From a virus (taxonomy: Duplodnaviria; Caudoviricetes), in IMG/VR virus record IMGVR_UViG_3300031992_000089, positions 1,911 through 65,910 of that record: 64,000 nucleotides of DNA. One strand, 5' to 3'. Position numbers and translations under genes: made by a program. Under the pieces are notes generated by a model. The model saw only the letters and a program-made list of their open reading frames with translations, had not been told where the DNA came from and did not search any database. Shown one piece after another: positions 37,679 to 48,633 of the stretch (the stretch's first letter is position 1; the number at the start of each line of letters is the position of its first letter).

Positions 37679-39378
37679 TATTCTTCCTCCTCGTTTAATT
37701 CGTTATTTAACTCATTGTTTAACTCGTTTGTTGAGTTAAAGCCTGAAGTCAGTAAATTAGGTGTAGCCGTAGTTACAAAAGCAATTGCCGTGTAAATCTC
37801 AAAATAACAGGACGTATGATAATTGGTAAAACCTACTACGATACTCACTTCGTCTCCTGCCACAACATCAATATCAGGAATAGTATATGATACTTTTGTC
37901 CCTGTATTGAGATTTTGTTTAACAATGAATGTGCCGTTTTTCTTAACGCCAACAAAACCATCATTACTAGATGTATTCGTGTAGGTTGCCGTGTCACTCG
38001 CAAAAATATATTTTCCAGCACTATGGGCTGTAAAAGTTTTCACTGTCCTCTCTACATTCGTTCCGCTTATATCATCGGGATATAGATATGTACGAGTTGA
38101 ACTAATAGGAGTGACGGTCACGGTCGAAGACGGCACGTTGACCACTACTTCATCATAGCCATCTGCATCATCATCTTCCGCAGAGTATGTGCCGTTCTCC
38201 GTGATTGTCTTACTGATGAGAGTAGGCACAACAGGTGTCACCGTTCCGCTCGACCTATACGTCACTTCCGTATCGCCCTGTTCGCTCCAAAACGCATTAT
38301 AACCGAGCCGTGTCGGGATTTCTTGACCTGTGAAAGTGAAGTCGATTGTCGTGGATAGTGGATAAACAATACTGCTTCCAGTTAAATAGGCGATAGCATC
38401 AGCCACATTATCTTGCGATAAGAAAATCAACAGATACCCACTAGCATTATAAAATTCGCCTACAGCACCATTAAAAGACGCTCTAAACGCAAGTAAATCA
38501 GATATAGCCTGTTTGTTTGTGTAAACATCACAATCAGCAATATTAAGCCTATACCGATATGCCCCTGTGCTACTCGTACCATTCGCCGTGAGTCCGCTAA
38601 AATCGGTAATCTTGTCATATCCATTCGACCCATCACCATTCACAATATCGACCTGTCCGCCGTGTATAGTGCGACCTAAATCAGCCGTGTACTGCGTCGG
38701 GGCGGTATAGGGTTCATAGTCGTGGGCGGTTGAGCCTATTTCTAGTTGAATAGTTCCGTATTCTGTCAAATCCGTTGGTACTTGATAAGTTGAAGAACGT
38801 GTACCGATAGCAATACGGATATAATCGCAAGCACTAAAATCGACAGTTTTTGAAGCATTGACCGCCGCATTCGTATAAACCGATAAAGCGTTGTTGGTAT
38901 AGCCATATATAAGAATTGAATTAAAATAGTCGGTATCGTTTGAAACAGACGAAACCGTAAATTTCCCACCGCCGTTATCAATTCCGAAATATGCATAACG
39001 TGTACTTGCGGTTATTGTTTCGATACTTGCCCCGACAGTAGTTGATGGTAAACCCCTTGTGAAATTTGTTCCATCAACAAGGTTTCTCCCTGTCTGCGTT
39101 TCCGTGACTTCCGAAACACCCGAAAGAGTTGGAGGAATGGTGACGACTAGCGATTTTGTCGGCACATCATCCGCACCGTCGGAAAAGGTGACGATAGTGC
39201 CAGATGCGGTTTTTTCTTCGAGGGCACCGAGTAAGTTTACCTCTTTTGCCCATTCATTAGGCGGATAAGTAGTTGATGTACCAAACTTTTTGTTAAGTAC
39301 GTTATTCATGTCAGTTTTTATGTTGTTCGGCAGACCACCGCCACCAACTCTATACCAAGCCATTAGTTCATCACCCAC
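37678..39378 (-). CDS. Tail fibre / receptor-binding protein
   Basis: TASGTIVTFSDGA..., QLEIGSTAHDYEPY, KTITENGTYSA...GYDEVVVNV motifs of Clostridia phage fibres. Confidence 0.7.
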   Translation of the reverse strand: MGDELMAWYRVGGGGLPNNIKTDMNNVLNKKFGTSTTYPPNEWAKEVNLLGALEEKTASGTIVTFSDGADDVPTKSLVVTIPPTLSGVSEVTETQTGRNLVDGTNFTRGLPSTTVGASIETITASTRYAYFGIDNGGGKFTVSSVSNDTDYFNSILIYGYTNNALSVYTNAAVNASKTVDFSACDYIRIAIGTRSSTYQVPTDLTEYGTIQLEIGSTAHDYEPYTAPTQYTADLGRTIHGGQVDIVNGDGSNGYDKITDFSGLTANGTSSTGAYRYRLNIADCDVYTNKQAISDLLAFRASFNGAVGEFYNASGYLLIFLSQDNVADAIAYLTGSSIVYPLSTTIDFTFTGQEIPTRLGYNAFWSEQGDTEVTYRSSGTVTPVVPTLISKTITENGTYSAEDDDADGYDEVVVNVPSSTVTVTPISSTRTYLYPDDISGTNVERTVKTFTAHSAGKYIFASDTATYTNTSSNDGFVGVKKNGTFIVKQNLNTGTKVSYTIPDIDVVAGDEVSIVVGFTNYHTSCYFEIYTAIAFVTTATPNLLTSGFNSTNELNNELNNELNEEEE

Positions 39379-40011
39379 ACTTTCACTGTAAGGTCAGTTG
39401 TCAGAACGTCGAACGTCATAGTAATTGTACCAGTACTTACCACACATGAAGTCGGTGCAATACCAGTAGCGTACGGGTCAACGTCCTGAAAATAGATGTC
39501 TTTAACCGTAGAAGTAGAAAGAATATTGCTGTCTGTAAGCACTAATGTAGTTTGCCCAGCAATTAGTGTACCTGTAACTTCAAAGTTCATCTTGGCAAAG
39601 GCTTCGTTGATACGACTCTCAAGACTATTCATATAGTACGCCTCAAAAGGTGTACCTTGTTCTGATACTGTACCCTCGTCTCTTGACACATAATACTGCT
39701 TTTCTTCCTGTGTGGTAGTATCAACGAGTTTTCTTCTATTGGGGTACTCACTATCTCTATCTACCCACGTGAATGATACATACGGGTTACTCATTTGTTA
39801 CCTCCCTAGACTGCTGGTACTGTACCGCCTCTTCCAGTAATATTCCATACAGTACATCTGTGGTATAGTTGCTTTCTGCTGTAATAGTCTTTACAGGCTG
39901 GCCGTACGCATAGAAAACAACGTCATGTGTCTGCTGGTTTTGTGTGACTTTATATATACTGGTCGATACTGATATTGTATTTATCATAATAACACTCCTT
40001 CTGTGCCGCAA
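39363..40011 (-). other. Two small tail proteins: 39363-39794 and 39787-40011
   Basis: Coupled ORFs in the tail module. Confidence 0.6.
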
Positions 40012-41795
40012 TAGTAGTCCTCACCGCAGAAACATATATCCTCTCTATACTTTAATTCTATATTACACGTTTCGGCTAAGGTTATCAACTGTTCTATTGT
40101 AGCCGTACATGCTGGCAGTATATCTGCAAGCAGTGTTCGCAACTCATCCATCAGCATGACGCCCACATCAGATTCAACCAAGTTCGAGATAACCGTAATA
40201 GGTGTAATGAAGTTGACAATATCTTCGAGTTCGAGAAGACCGTCCCACTTCTCCGCCTGTTCCACAAGATTCTGTCCGAATAATGTACCACGGAAATCAT
40301 ACTGGTCAATAGTGACTGTACCATTAAGCGCCGTAATATCTACTTCCCACCTATGTACGCTTTGCTCGGCAATAGATGAAATAGGGAAGAACAAAGAGAA
40401 ATCATGCTTACCATCTGTATAGTGTTCCTGTGGATAAAATGGTATCTCTGTGCCATCATATCTGTAAGTTATCTTTACATCGGTAAAGTCTGTCAGCGCA
40501 TCTACATCTACTAATATGTTCGCAAGCCACATAGCGTGTGTAGCCTGTGCAGACGTAAAGGACACATCACAAATAGTAGTAGTCTCTTGGTCATGTAAAG
40601 TAATAGTATTTGTATTAGTCACATCATATGTAACCAACTTGTTTGCATCTGTGGCTCTAGACGCCTGACGGTCAGACTCTTGCTGAATCCCAATGTCTAA
40701 CGTATTTGAGCCAATACTCTCTAACTCGGTAGAATTTCTAAACTTCCACGATACAGTGGTAAGTAGAATCTCCACGTTGTTATCAGAGTTCTCGTCGGTC
40801 TCTAATGAGATGCGGTCGCCACAATCATACATCGGATTACCAAATATAGTAGTCTTACAAGGTGTGTACTGTATCTGCTTTACATATGCACCCAGAGCAT
40901 CGATAGTAGCACGAAGTCCTTCCGCAGTACCGTAATCCCACGCCGGAGCGTCATCGATAATCATTACCATGCCTATGCCAGAACTTCTAATAGATTTGTA
41001 GGTACCTTTTACAGATGTTACCTGTATGCCTTTATAAATACATCTATAATCCGCTGGGTTATAAGACTTACGCTGAACACGAGGCAGCACATAATCTGCG
41101 GTAAGGGAATACTTGAATAATTCCAAGGCTCCTGTGGCTCGGTTAACTCTAAAACAAGCGCCAAGTAATTGACCTATATATCTAACAATATCTCTATAGG
41201 TCTTTGCACCTGTCGTCTCGTCGAATTGAAGTGCCACATTAGTATTAGGGAACATAGCATAAAGTTCTGTCTCGGTAACATCAAAAGGCAAACCAACTTT
41301 AGTACAAACTTCATTTAGAATTTCCCACGACCTTCCACCAAACACTTGTGAGCCTATAGACTGGTCAAGTTTCTTAATACCGTCATACGCAAGAATCTTG
41401 GCTCTGTTTGCCGTTGTGTCTTTCGTTACAGTTAAGGCTTCAAAAATGCCTAATGGACAATCACTGTAAATGGCATCATTAACAAGAACGCCATCTTCAT
41501 ATTCCGGCATCATATTCCACACTCTGTAATTCACGGTGAATTTTGCACCCTCTAATGCATACCGGTCGAGTGTGGTAAATAATGAGATTTCTAATTCTGA
41601 ACATAGCGAAACACCGAAAGATATGTCCTTCTTTCCGTCGCTACTGTCCCACATTATAGAAACACTGTTTTCTACAATATCGTGCAGGTCAATAGGCATA
41701 CTGACATTATCTTTCAGTACGATAGTGCCTGTAAGTTCATCCCATTTACTAGGACTTGTTAGGCAAGTTATAAAATTAGAATCTACATTCTGCAT
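39984..41795 (-). CDS. Baseplate hub / Tal-like tail protein
   Basis: Position after Dit-like gene; AKILAYDGIKKLD, YTPCKTTIFGNP. Confidence 0.7.
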   Translation of the reverse strand: MQNVDSNFITCLTSPSKWDELTGTIVLKDNVSMPIDLHDIVENSVSIMWDSSDGKKDISFGVSLCSELEISLFTTLDRYALEGAKFTVNYRVWNMMPEYEDGVLVNDAIYSDCPLGIFEALTVTKDTTANRAKILAYDGIKKLDQSIGSQVFGGRSWEILNEVCTKVGLPFDVTETELYAMFPNTNVALQFDETTGAKTYRDIVRYIGQLLGACFRVNRATGALELFKYSLTADYVLPRVQRKSYNPADYRCIYKGIQVTSVKGTYKSIRSSGIGMVMIIDDAPAWDYGTAEGLRATIDALGAYVKQIQYTPCKTTIFGNPMYDCGDRISLETDENSDNNVEILLTTVSWKFRNSTELESIGSNTLDIGIQQESDRQASRATDANKLVTYDVTNTNTITLHDQETTTICDVSFTSAQATHAMWLANILVDVDALTDFTDVKITYRYDGTEIPFYPQEHYTDGKHDFSLFFPISSIAEQSVHRWEVDITALNGTVTIDQYDFRGTLFGQNLVEQAEKWDGLLELEDIVNFITPITVISNLVESDVGVMLMDELRTLLADILPACTATIEQLITLAETCNIELKYREDICFCGEDYYCGTEGVLL

Positions 41796-41803
41796 ATACT
41801 ACC

Positions 41804-42190
41804 TCAACACTCAATGATATTGAACTTGTAGTTCTTCCATCTACCCCGCCGTGGGCTAAAGTATGCAAGACTATACTTACTGCGGTAGCAGGTAGTAGTC
41901 ACTAAAACATCTGGGTTACGTCTATCCGGTCGAGTGAACTGAAATGTACCCGCATCGGGGAAGATGCTCTCGATATACATATAGTCCTCTTTAGTAACCA
42001 GATTATAGTTAAATGACCACTTACCTACCTTATATAGGACAACATCTCTATGCATACGACCAGTTTCATCACGTCCTGTATCGGGGGAGTCGATATCCTC
42101 ATACGAATCTTCAACTTCTCCATCGGGCGCCAAAAGAGGGACGCCATTTATCAGATACAGTGGTATGACAGGTCTTCTTGTATTAGGCAT
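41804..42190 (-). CDS. Distal tail (Dit-like) protein
   Basis: DSPDTGRDETGRMHRDV; directly after the tape measure gene. Confidence 0.7.
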   Translation of the reverse strand: MPNTRRPVIPLYLINGVPLLAPDGEVEDSYEDIDSPDTGRDETGRMHRDVVLYKVGKWSFNYNLVTKEDYMYIESIFPDAGTFQFTRPDRRNPDVLVTTTCYRSKYSLAYFSPRRGRWKNYKFNIIEC

Positions 42191-42193
42191 ATA

Positions 42194-45100
42194 TTACACT
42201 CCTCTCATAGTATTCAACCTCTGCTGATAGCGGTCATTAGCCTGTGCTATATCTCTATCTCCTATTCTAACAGACATATCTTTGTTTTGTATAGCCTGAA
42301 CTACGGCTTCAAATCCGGCCATCATGCCTTCAAGGTTCTCGTTCATTACTTCTGCTACGGCTTGTCTGATAGTATCAAGCGGAGCCTCAATATTTGTACC
42401 AGACTTCTGGTCGCCTACGACAGACAGGAACGGCTGGTTAGGCGGAAGTACCGCGCCCTGTGCCAGTTTCGGAATCTTATAGAAACTCAACTTCGGCAGA
42501 GCGGAGAACGGAGTAAGACCACCAACATTCAGAGTTCTTAATCTATCGAGCAGACTTGCCAGATTCTGTAACGGTGCGATGGCTACATTGTTGATAGCAT
42601 CTACCATAGTATTTACAGAAGATTTAACCACGCTGTTTGTAGCAAGTGCAAGACCCTGTGCTAAATCTCCCGACGGTCGAAGCGTAGCGAAGAAAGCGTT
42701 TACTGCCGCACCAGTAGTTTCTTCCATATAAGGAGTTAACTGGTCAAATGCCTGTACAACGCTTGCGTATGCGCCCTGTGCCGCAGGCGCTACTGCACCC
42801 ATAGAGTTTTCCATAGCCTGTGTTGCAGTATCGAAGCCCGATGCAACAACATCTCCCATACTTACAGCACTAGCACCGATAGAACCATAAGCGGAACCAG
42901 CAGCCTCAGCCGCGGCAGATGTAGATTGGCCTATCTTATCCGTAGATGTCTGTATCTTGTCAGAACTGGTCTTTACATCACTCGACATTTTAGTGGTAGC
43001 CGACGCAGTTTTAACAGTAAGGTCGTCGAAATCATCACTATACTTCTGTAAGGCCTCTTGTGTGCCTTTGCTTATCTCATTCCAACTTTCTCGGAGGTCA
43101 GCGATATCCTTATCTGACAGCTTCTTGATGTAGTCTTCGGTTTGCATGTCCTGTATTTGTTTCTGTAAAGGGTTTAAACTATCGTCCGATACAATTTTTT
43201 CTCCAATAACTTGACCCAGGTCCCACGCGCCATTAACTAAATCTTCACCGAAGTTCCACAGGCCCTTAATCGGCCCAAATACAATATCACCAAGAGATGG
43301 CATGTTATCTTTAATACCATCCATAATGGCACCGCCTATCCACTTACCAAATTCAGTTACAGGACCTTTAATAATTGCCCATAAATCTTCTAATAACTGT
43401 TTTACGTGTGGACCCATTTTTTGTATTAAATCTTTAATAGCCGGGAACAATGTGGTTTCCCAATACTCATATAATTTAGTTTTCCACTGTGTTGCATCTA
43501 GGCTGTTTAAGAACTTATCAAAGAATGTTGTTGCGGTTTCATGGAAATCTGCGGCAGTTAAGAAATCAACAATACCATTTATGATATTGCCCATAGTTGT
43601 ACCTGCAGTCGTACTTACATCATTAACATCAATATAAGTGAAGAACTCTTTTACTTTATCTCCAAGAACTGACCATTTATTTTTCTTTACCCATTTTTCT
43701 TGTCTACCATTAGGTCCATAGCCTATAACAGAGTCAAGTACCCACGATTCTTCATTCATCTTACTGATAAATCCGTTGATGAGTTTGAGCAATGCCGCGA
43801 AGAAGTCACTTACTGCTTTACCGGCTTTTGCGGCATCAAATTTCATTACAGCGTCGATTAGTCCATCAGCTATACTATAACCTATGTTAAACCACTCATG
43901 GTCATTTACTGCGTTACTAATCATGTCCGCTAGGCCATTAACAAATTCTACAATGGTATTGAAGAACAGTTTCCAGTCAAAGTTAGCCAATGCAGAAGCA
44001 ATACCATCGCCTACAAACTTACCAACCGAATCCCAATGAACTGTGGTGGCAAATTTGTATAGGAACGTAAATGCAGTATTGAACAGGTTAGCAATAGACT
44101 TACCAAGATTCGTACCTAAGTCTTCTGTTTCTACAAAGCCATTGATGAGTGTAGCAAAGTCGGTAGCAATATTCTTGGCTACTCGTCTGACATTATTCTG
44201 AACAGTGCTACTATTCCAGGCTTTAAGAATGTCATTAAACTTCGTACCTAAAGTTTGTCCAACTTCTGTGAAGTCAGATTTAGCCCATGCTTCTTTTATC
44301 ATCTCGGCGAACTTACTAACAGCGTCCGCAGTATCGATTGCAGTTTTTGCGAAGTCTCCACCAAGACCACCACCACTACCAGAAGGCTGATTCGGTGCCG
44401 ACAGTCTGTTAATCTCATCAAAGCCCATTAAGTCTTTCTGTGCTTTCTTCGCGGCTTTACCAACTCCACCAATTCCGTCAGCGTAATCTTGCATAGCCGC
44501 GGCATAGTCGTAGTAGTAGTCACGACCTACTAATACAGCGTTGAACTTTGCGACATACGTAAGTACCTGTGCTAATACATACAGAAGTCTGGTAAGAACA
44601 GGAATAACAAAGGAGAGGATAGGCTCGAAAGCCGCAGTAAGGCTACCCTTAATTTGGTTAAGAGCTGTACTGAAATTGCTCATGTATTCATTTACTTCAG
44701 GCGCCGCAGCCGCAATATCTTTCATGCCGTCAATTACAGCCTGACGAATCTTTCTGATAAGGAAGTACGAAGACCTAAAGCCTAACAGATATCGAGTAAG
44801 AAAACCTTTTATCTTGTTCAGTGTACTCATGCTAGGCATTAACGACTTAAACAGACCAGCAAGTTTCTTTACCGCGCCAGATAAAACGCCACCAACTTTC
44901 TTTGCTACTGACAGAATTGCCAGACCTACTTGTTTGAGTAAGGCAATTAACTTCTTAACAATACTGATAAGTCGACCAAAAATGTTTATCGCAAGACCTA
45001 CAAATAGACCGACAATAGGAATGATACTATGGGCTGCCGTAGCCGCATCTCGGAACGCTTCAGTAAGCAACTGAACAATACCAATAATTTGGGCGATAAT

Positions 45101-46342
45101 AGTACCTACTGAACCTAACTGATTCAGTGTCATTATTGTTGCCGTCATTACGTTTCTAGCCGCGCTAAATGCCTGTTGCAGTTCTTTAGTATGATTCTTG
45201 GCTTTATTGATGTGTTCACTACCCTGTTCAAAGCCTTCGCCAACAGCGTCACCAGTCTCTTCACCTTTAGCGGCCATTTCACCAAGAAGTTCGATGATAG
45301 TATTAAGACTTTCAGACAAAGACACTGCAACCGCATCTGAAATCTGTAAGCCGTTAGACGCACCAGAAGAAGCCGCTTCAAGTTCTACTGTTGCGGCTGC
45401 CGCTTGCTGTGTTTCTTCCGCTACACCGTACGCCGCATCATACAGTTCTTGATACCGCGCTTCGGCTTCGGCGAGTTGTGCAACAATTTGATGTACTTCG
45501 GCTTGCATAGCCTCGATTTGAGGATTTGTGGTTTTCTCGCCACGCATCATCGTTTCGAGATTCATCTTGGCAAGTTCAAGAGAATGGGACAGTCTATCTA
45601 CTTCTGTTCTTGCGGCAATAAGGTCAGACGAAGCAGAATTACCAGAGCCACCAAATAAGAAGTTCGCACGATTAAAGTTAGCCTGTGCTGTACCCTGTAA
45701 ACTCTTGAGCATATGCATATAATCAGACGAAGATGCCTCATCTTTGCCTAACTTAAACGCTTCGCCACTTCTTACCATCTCACGAAGGTCGGCAAGCATA
45801 GACTGAATATTTGCCTTGGCAGATTTAGTGTAGATTTCCAGTTTTTCCCAATACTCACTGGTAGTATTAGAATCTTCTGATGCCTTTTCTGTCCATGCTG
45901 TATATGCCTTCATCTCTCGCATCATATCTTGAACAACAGATAAGGTATTTCTGAATTGAGGTGTAAGTGTCATTTCCGCATTAGCAGAAGAAGAAAAACT
46001 ACCATACTCCTCACTGATTCTCTTAAACGCAGTAACAACATCCTCAGCAGACTTCTCTACGCCTTTCATCGAACCAGTACCTTTATCCAAATCAGAGATG
46101 GATTTAGACAGTCCTTTTACCGCAGATTCGGCATTACGGAAACTGTTATTGATATTTGTAGCGGCTTTATTGAACTCTTTCGAGACATGCGTAGTATTGA
46201 TGGTATTCATAATATCATCAAATGCCTTACGGACACCTACAAGTTTGGCCTTCATGCCACTCTCAAGGTCTTTAGTATTTACTTTGCTAATGTCTAGGTC
46301 AGTAACTTCTAGATTTATAGGAATCTTTACCTCATCAGCCAT
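42194..46342 (-). CDS. Tape measure protein
   Basis: 1382 aa, helical, Ala/Gly-rich with aromatic periodicity; C-terminal KIPKLAQGAVLPPNQPF. Confidence 0.92.
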   Translation of the reverse strand: MADEVKIPINLEVTDLDISKVNTKDLESGMKAKLVGVRKAFDDIMNTINTTHVSKEFNKAATNINNSFRNAESAVKGLSKSISDLDKGTGSMKGVEKSAEDVVTAFKRISEEYGSFSSSANAEMTLTPQFRNTLSVVQDMMREMKAYTAWTEKASEDSNTTSEYWEKLEIYTKSAKANIQSMLADLREMVRSGEAFKLGKDEASSSDYMHMLKSLQGTAQANFNRANFLFGGSGNSASSDLIAARTEVDRLSHSLELAKMNLETMMRGEKTTNPQIEAMQAEVHQIVAQLAEAEARYQELYDAAYGVAEETQQAAAATVELEAASSGASNGLQISDAVAVSLSESLNTIIELLGEMAAKGEETGDAVGEGFEQGSEHINKAKNHTKELQQAFSAARNVMTATIMTLNQLGSVGTIIAQIIGIVQLLTEAFRDAATAAHSIIPIVGLFVGLAINIFGRLISIVKKLIALLKQVGLAILSVAKKVGGVLSGAVKKLAGLFKSLMPSMSTLNKIKGFLTRYLLGFRSSYFLIRKIRQAVIDGMKDIAAAAPEVNEYMSNFSTALNQIKGSLTAAFEPILSFVIPVLTRLLYVLAQVLTYVAKFNAVLVGRDYYYDYAAAMQDYADGIGGVGKAAKKAQKDLMGFDEINRLSAPNQPSGSGGGLGGDFAKTAIDTADAVSKFAEMIKEAWAKSDFTEVGQTLGTKFNDILKAWNSSTVQNNVRRVAKNIATDFATLINGFVETEDLGTNLGKSIANLFNTAFTFLYKFATTVHWDSVGKFVGDGIASALANFDWKLFFNTIVEFVNGLADMISNAVNDHEWFNIGYSIADGLIDAVMKFDAAKAGKAVSDFFAALLKLINGFISKMNEESWVLDSVIGYGPNGRQEKWVKKNKWSVLGDKVKEFFTYIDVNDVSTTAGTTMGNIINGIVDFLTAADFHETATTFFDKFLNSLDATQWKTKLYEYWETTLFPAIKDLIQKMGPHVKQLLEDLWAIIKGPVTEFGKWIGGAIMDGIKDNMPSLGDIVFGPIKGLWNFGEDLVNGAWDLGQVIGEKIVSDDSLNPLQKQIQDMQTEDYIKKLSDKDIADLRESWNEISKGTQEALQKYSDDFDDLTVKTASATTKMSSDVKTSSDKIQTSTDKIGQSTSAAAEAAGSAYGSIGASAVSMGDVVASGFDTATQAMENSMGAVAPAAQGAYASVVQAFDQLTPYMEETTGAAVNAFFATLRPSGDLAQGLALATNSVVKSSVNTMVDAINNVAIAPLQNLASLLDRLRTLNVGGLTPFSALPKLSFYKIPKLAQGAVLPPNQPFLSVVGDQKSGTNIEAPLDTIRQAVAEVMNENLEGMMAGFEAVVQAIQNKDMSVRIGDRDIAQANDRYQQRLNTMRGV

Positions 46343-46353
46343 TAGTAATCACC

Positions 46354-46938
46354 TCACTTGTTCCATATCTCGTCTAGCAGAGCCTTTTGTTCTGCCATCT
46401 GTAAATCTACGTTCTTCCATACGAAGTAGGTCGGGTTATCTTTTCTAAACTTTTCTTCCCACTTTTCTAATTTCTCATGCTTGTTAATCTTTGCCCTAAT
46501 TCCTACGACAGTGGCTAAAACAGATTCACCAACTGCCATAAAATATCCCATGAAAGTCCACCAATGCATATATTCAGCAAGACGGATTTCTTGATTTGCC
46601 ACTTTATTGATAGCGGAGGTAATCATGTGTTCATCCTGTTTCCAGTCAATAAGTGTACTGTTAGATTGTGCCCCGTGGGCTTCTCCTCTCTCTCCCACGT
46701 TCATAAACTGAAACATGCCAGTAAGAAGTCCCTTAAAGGTTTCCTCATCTCTTGGCAGGTCTTCTATTTCGTTAAACTCGTTATAGAATATTAAAAGAGA
46801 AGCGAGGACTCTTTCATCCTCGCTTATCTCTGCGTCGTTCAGTGCATTGAAGCAATCTAGTACCATTCGGTAGTCACCTCTCATGCGAATATTAAATTTT
46901 CTACCATTTACTTCTACATAAGTAGGTAACTCATACAT
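46354..46938 (-). CDS. Tail assembly chaperone (Gp15-like)
   Basis: MYELPTYVEV...DYRMVL...IDWKQD...YMHWWTFMGYF. Confidence 0.8.
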   Translation of the reverse strand: MYELPTYVEVNGRKFNIRMRGDYRMVLDCFNALNDAEISEDERVLASLLIFYNEFNEIEDLPRDEETFKGLLTGMFQFMNVGERGEAHGAQSNSTLIDWKQDEHMITSAINKVANQEIRLAEYMHWWTFMGYFMAVGESVLATVVGIRAKINKHEKLEKWEEKFRKDNPTYFVWKNVDLQMAEQKALLDEIWNK

Positions 46939-46939
46939 C

Positions 46940-47443
46940 TTACTTCATCCCTTTGTATTTACCTGCGTGCTTCTTCACGTTTTCCTTTACTTTCTTAAAT
47001 TCATCGGTATAACGCTTACCGAACTGTTCAATAAGAACTGTGATTACCAGTTCATATCTCGGATTTCCATCAAACAAGTCATACATAGACCCGTCGGGTG
47101 CGGCAGCCGCAGATACAGGTGCGTTAAACAGTTCATCAACAACCGCTCTCATTTCTGTATCAAGGGCTTTGAGTCGGCCTCCCATTGTGCCGAGACCGGT
47201 CATTACGTCATCAATTCCAGTGTCATCAGTCGGCTTTTCAACACCTTCTGAAACTTCTGATACTCGACCCTGTAACTCTTCCAGTTTCTTATAGGCTTCT
47301 GGCAGTCTTTCCATAAAGCCGAAGTCGGAAGTGTTGATGTAAACGATTCTAGAATCATCTTTACCAAATCGGAAGGCTCGCTTCTCAATAGGCAGTTCCA
47401 GGTCGATTACGTTAGGATTTGTGTTGGGGATTTGGGTAGGCAT
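46940..47443 (-). CDS. Tail assembly chaperone
   Basis: Position between tail tube and Gp15-like genes. Confidence 0.6.
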   Translation of the reverse strand: MPTQIPNTNPNVIDLELPIEKRAFRFGKDDSRIVYINTSDFGFMERLPEAYKKLEELQGRVSEVSEGVEKPTDDTGIDDVMTGLGTMGGRLKALDTEMRAVVDELFNAPVSAAAAPDGSMYDLFDGNPRYELVITVLIEQFGKRYTDEFKKVKENVKKHAGKYKGMK

Positions 47444-47467
47444 GGTTCAGTCCTCCTTTAAGTTAGA

Positions 47468-48139
47468 TTAAGCGTCGGCTGTGAATGTAAAGTCATCAGC
47501 CAGTTTATCAACAGAGCCCTTGATGAGGTCATTAGAATAATGTACCTCGATAGGCATGTTGACGTAAGAATCACCACCGATAGCCGTCGGAATGACGGAG
47601 CAGTGCTGATGCTTGGATGCCTTGAAAGAACCTTCGGTTGCTCCCGGCAAGAACGATGCAATAATGTAAATGTCAATGGCATTGTTGTATGCATCGATGT
47701 TGTTCTCCATGAGAGCCACAGAAAGATACTCTGCAAGGTCAGAATCCTTCATAACATAGAACGGGTCGAATGTTTGCTGAGGTTCTGTCTTGTTTACGTC
47801 TGTCCAGGTAACTCCGAGGATATCAGTAGATGTCTGAATGTCCGGGTTAGTTTCGATAGACGAATCCTCTGTACGGGAGCCAAGAATCTGACGGTACAGA
47901 GTAGTTGTTGTTTTAGAGTAATAAGTATTAGCGGCCCATGTCGGAGCGGTATCACCAGTTACCTGAACATACTCGCCAGCAACTTTTGTGTAATACGAGT
48001 CATAGTTAGTAGCCCAATCTGCGGGCTGTGATGTAGTCAGCGAATACACATCATGCGAAGCGCCTGTCCACTCGGCAACAGTAATGAGAGTTTTTCTCTG
48101 GGCTCTCTGGCCGGTCTTGGTAAGATTATTGAACGCCAT
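47468..48139 (-). CDS. Major tail (tube) protein
   Basis: EDSSIETNPDIQTSTDILG, GGDSYVNMPIEVHY; carries an internal ~45-aa insert. Confidence 0.8.
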   Translation of the reverse strand: MAFNNLTKTGQRAQRKTLITVAEWTGASHDVYSLTTSQPADWATNYDSYYTKVAGEYVQVTGDTAPTWAANTYYSKTTTTLYRQILGSRTEDSSIETNPDIQTSTDILGVTWTDVNKTEPQQTFDPFYVMKDSDLAEYLSVALMENNIDAYNNAIDIYIIASFLPGATEGSFKASKHQHCSVIPTAIGGDSYVNMPIEVHYSNDLIKGSVDKLADDFTFTADA

Positions 48140-48153
48140 ATTAACCTCCTATA

Positions 48154-48633
48154 TTAGTTCCAAATGACTTTCGTGGTATCAATGTAATCTATTTGCACTG
48201 ATACTCGGTAAATTGCTATAGGTGGATTCTGTTCTTTATCTACGCCTAAAAGCACAGGCTCTGCGGTGAGACACTTCATAGAATCTACATAGCAACGGTC
48301 ACCGAAATCGGGGTAATTTTCCGCATCCCCTTCTGCGTTTATCCAGTCGATAAGTTCTTGTACCTCATTCAGTTCATCGACGTTCTCGGCAGATAAGCCG
48401 TCAATTACTGGATTTGGTGTCAAAGACTTACAACTATCTATATTAAAAGTATAACGCTTGGCCTCACTACCGTCAATAAATGTTTTATGTAATGAAACGT
48501 CACTCCCATCTACGTTAATTTGGTTAGCGTTATTCTCTACGTTGCCGAAATTGAAGAATAAAGGATTGTTCTGAATTGTCGGGCAATTTTGTAAAAATGT
48601 CAACATAGACTGGTTTTTATCTATTCTGCTCAT
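48154..48633 (-). CDS. Tail terminator / neck protein
   Basis: Position; C-terminal AIYRVSVQIDY. Confidence 0.65.
   Translation of the reverse strand: MSRIDKNQSMLTFLQNCPTIQNNPLFFNFGNVENNANQINVDGSDVSLHKTFIDGSEAKRYTFNIDSCKSLTPNPVIDGLSAENVDELNEVQELIDWINAEGDAENYPDFGDRCYVDSMKCLTAEPVLLGVDKEQNPPIAIYRVSVQIDYIDTTKVIWN

Noticed and set aside
36203-39378. Diversity-generating retroelement targeting the tail fibres
   Set aside because: No reverse transcriptase and no template/variable repeat pair seen in the window
46354-47443. Programmed frameshift between the tail assembly chaperones
   Set aside because: No clear XXXYYYZ slippery site found by eye at the end of the upstream gene; the second gene has its own ATG
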